A DNA stretch of 64,000 nucleotides from Catajapyx aquilonaris (taxonomy: Eukaryota). Numbering within the stretch: the stretch's first letter is position 1; each line of letters starts with the position of its first letter. This document shows positions 61,225 through 64,000 of the stretch, piece after piece. Both the position numbers and the translations under genes were made by a program. Location: the NCBI GenBank assembly GCA_000934665.2, contig JYFJ02001298.1:1-64000 (forward strand), in the 5' to 3' direction. A model generated the notes under the pieces. That model was not told the origin of the DNA, did not search any database, and worked only from the letters and a program-made list of their open reading frames with translations.

Positions 61225-64000
61225 ATGATTACGGAAGGGCTGGAAACGCAGCATGCAGCAGCCACGCACAACTTCAACCTGCTGAGCTTCGAGACGTACA
61301 AGGCGCCTACGGGCGTGGCCAGCGTCTCCGTTCGGCCCACGCTCGTCGTCGCCAGCGGTCCCCCTTGTTCACCGTCGCCGACAGCCGACGCCAACGGTGT
61401 CAGCGACGCCCTCAACACGCCCGTCACCGCAGCTTCCTCCGAGCTGCCCGCCTTCTTCGGCCCGACGCCCGTCGTCGAGCCTCCTCCCATCTCAGGTCAG
61501 AGACACATTTTTTTTCTTTTTCAAATTTTCCCGCCCCCATGTCATGTGACTATTGACTGATGACGTCACTGGCGCGTGCCGGCGGCTATTTTCGAACTTG
61601 GTTCTAAATCCGACGAAATTTCACGTGATCACGCAACACCCCCGGTTCATTTTTTTTATGTATAGCCGTAAATAATACACACACACACACATGCCAAAAA
61701 AATTGAAATCGAGGTCAGGCACTATAGCACAATAATCTGACAGGTTCCGGAAGCGTTGGGATTATCATGGGGAGGCAGCAGACGAGAGGGTGACGTCATC
61801 CTGGAAGTTTATGATAGGGGTTTGTTGCTGGCTGTAGTTACAGCATCCATCATAAGAATCAGCTGGAAAAACATGCAATGCTTTTTTTTTCATTCATAAA
61901 ACTATCTGGCGGTTTAACATTAACCGCACAAACCCATCCGGCTCCCCGGAAAAAAAGGATGACACTATAGATAACACGTAATCATATGTCGTAATGCATA
62001 TAAATGCGGATTGTTCACTCCAGCAGGTTGCTGTGAGGGTTAATAATTTGGTTGGGGGGGAAAAAAATACGATGCAGCAGCAAGTCATGAATGGAGAGGA
62101 CTTTACAGTAGTCTGAAAATGGCAGGGATGTTAGTATATAGTAGAGAGTGAAGCGGGTGGGTGGGTAGGAAAAGGGGTGTGTGATGCATGGGGTGGGGTG
62201 TGCGATCAATAGAAAGGGTTTTGTGAATGGAGTCCGCAGAGTGGGTGGGTGGGAGGGGAGAAATTTTGCAGCCTGGCTCTTGCTGCTGGGGGGATGAATG
62301 AAGTTGAGGTAAAGGTCACGAGCGTGACCTTGACCCCAATCCGGCGCCGCAGGGGATGGGGATAGGTGGAAGGTCATACAGTGTTTTTATATACAGTGTA
62401 CTAGTAACATGTCCCGAATGAGATGTTATACACTATGGGGTGTAATGTATGGATGACGTCATCGTTTCTTCCGAGCCAGCGCACTTCTTTTACTGGGAAA
62501 TTCCTCTTTGAAATGGCGGATTGTCGTTGTGATTCATTCATTCATTACCCAATAGCCCAGGGATCAAGTCTGGTTGAAGATGTTGGGCAGGATGTGAATA
62601 ACAATTGCTTTTCCTGTGCTAGCCGATAACCGCAGACATATTAGATAACCCTGCTCATTTTTCGCATATACACAAGTGATTCAGTGACCTCCTCAAAGTC
62701 GTAATGCAGTGTTTATGAACGTTATCTCTACATATAAAAACAGAAAGTTTGTGTTTATATGCCCGGGCTACCTAACTTACGTTCGGACTACTGAAAATAA
62801 TGAAACTTCCATACGTGCCCCCCTGATTGAGAGAAAAGTTGAAAAACGGCGAACTTTTTAAGTGTAAATATCAAATAAATAAACCAATTATTGTTAAGTC
62901 AATCAGGCTGCCAGATGGAAGTATATTTTTTTCAGGTACCGTACAAGCTATAGTTACGTATACATGGCGGTACATCTACCAATGATTTACCCCATGTTTT
63001 CAATTAGAATGCAATGAACTGGAGCAGTGGACCACTCTGTGACTCTGCTAAATGTTCATTTTATCGGTGTGTTCATAACTGTGGCGTCCGTTTGAGCGAT
63101 ACAGTTGGACATTGCAAATTACTCCGGACATTCATTTTATCAGCGCATAGCCCCCTTTTCAACTCTGGCAAAACCTAATCGATATGGACCTTGAAATTTG
63201 CGGCCAACTCGGGGACAAGCGCACAGTACTATTGAAGCAGATAGGATGAAACGAAAATGCCTTTAATGATATAGTGTGTGACAATGTCTCTCTTTTTTTG
63301 ATTTGATTGGTACAGATACTCTAGAGCTGACTCTTGAGGAGGCATCTGGAGCTGAAGAGGAGGGGGAGGAAGAAGACGGGTGTCAGCGAGGCATGTTCCC
63401 AGCTGGCGACCCCCACCAGCAGCACCATCAGCACCACCACCAGCAGCATCCCAGAGGAGGAGACGACGGAGGTGCGTCCGGATCAGGAGTGGAGGAAGAC
63501 CAGTCCTCCACTCCGACCATCGCCTACAAGGCCACCTTCACCACCACGACAGCGGCATCCCCAGTCGGAGCAGTCAATGCCTGGCTCTTCCCAACGACCT
63601 CATCCTCCTCACCCTTGGGTCCGGACAAACCTGCGTCACCAACCTCTTCGCAGTCCTTCTTCACACCTCTGCTCACACTACTGCACCAGCAGCAACAACA
63701 ACAGCAGCAGCAACACCCTGCCTCAAGCCCTGTCCAGTATGAAGAAAGACAGCAGACCACACCGCAGCCATCATCTTCCCATCATGTTCCATCTCCAGGT
63801 ATAGCCATCGACATTGACCTTTACCAATGTTTGTCCCCAAAAAATCGAATCCGACTCTATTTCTAGCCAAGTACATACATATACGATAGTATGATTATTG
63901 TCTATAAATAATATCGGACAATCATATCATGTTACATAAGCAACGCCACGTTTTCCTTTATAGACCAACAACAACAACAGCAGCAGCAGGAGCAGATGGT
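61225..64000 (+). CDS. 5' part of a probable EGR/stripe-family zinc-finger transcription factor. Coding exons 61225-61495, 63316-63798, 63964 to beyond the window
   Basis: The GT-AG junctions are phase-compatible and the sequence is Q/H/S/P-rich. The segments MITEGLET and LNTPVT..SELPAFFGP..VVEPPPISG resemble, from memory, arthropod EGR/stripe N-termini. The zinc fingers are not in the window, so the identity is tentative. Confidence 0.6.

Overview
This is eukaryotic DNA from a compact arthropod genome with short GT-AG introns; the species cannot be determined from the window. I assembled gene models by hand from the ORF track and splice signals. From left to right: a minisatellite; a PH+PDZ-like adaptor gene (-); neverland (-) head-to-head with a CYP307/spook-type P450 (+); Xaa-Pro aminopeptidase 1 (-); a divergent SLC5 symporter (+); a tandem ionotropic receptor cluster on the minus strand (a divergent IR25a paralogue, IR25a and IR93a-like); two tandem secreted PEBP genes (+); about 14 kb of non-coding DNA with MITEs and SINE fragments; and the 5' part of a probable EGR/stripe transcription factor gene with a CArG+CRE promoter. 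The most striking observation is in IR25a. It carries two tandem, intact, homologous 133-bp exons encoding the S2 ligand-binding segment. They can only be used mutually exclusively, and five Rbfox-type GCATG elements lie in the introns around them. This suggests a splicing switch in the IR co-receptor. All gene identities rest on motif recognition, not on database searches.
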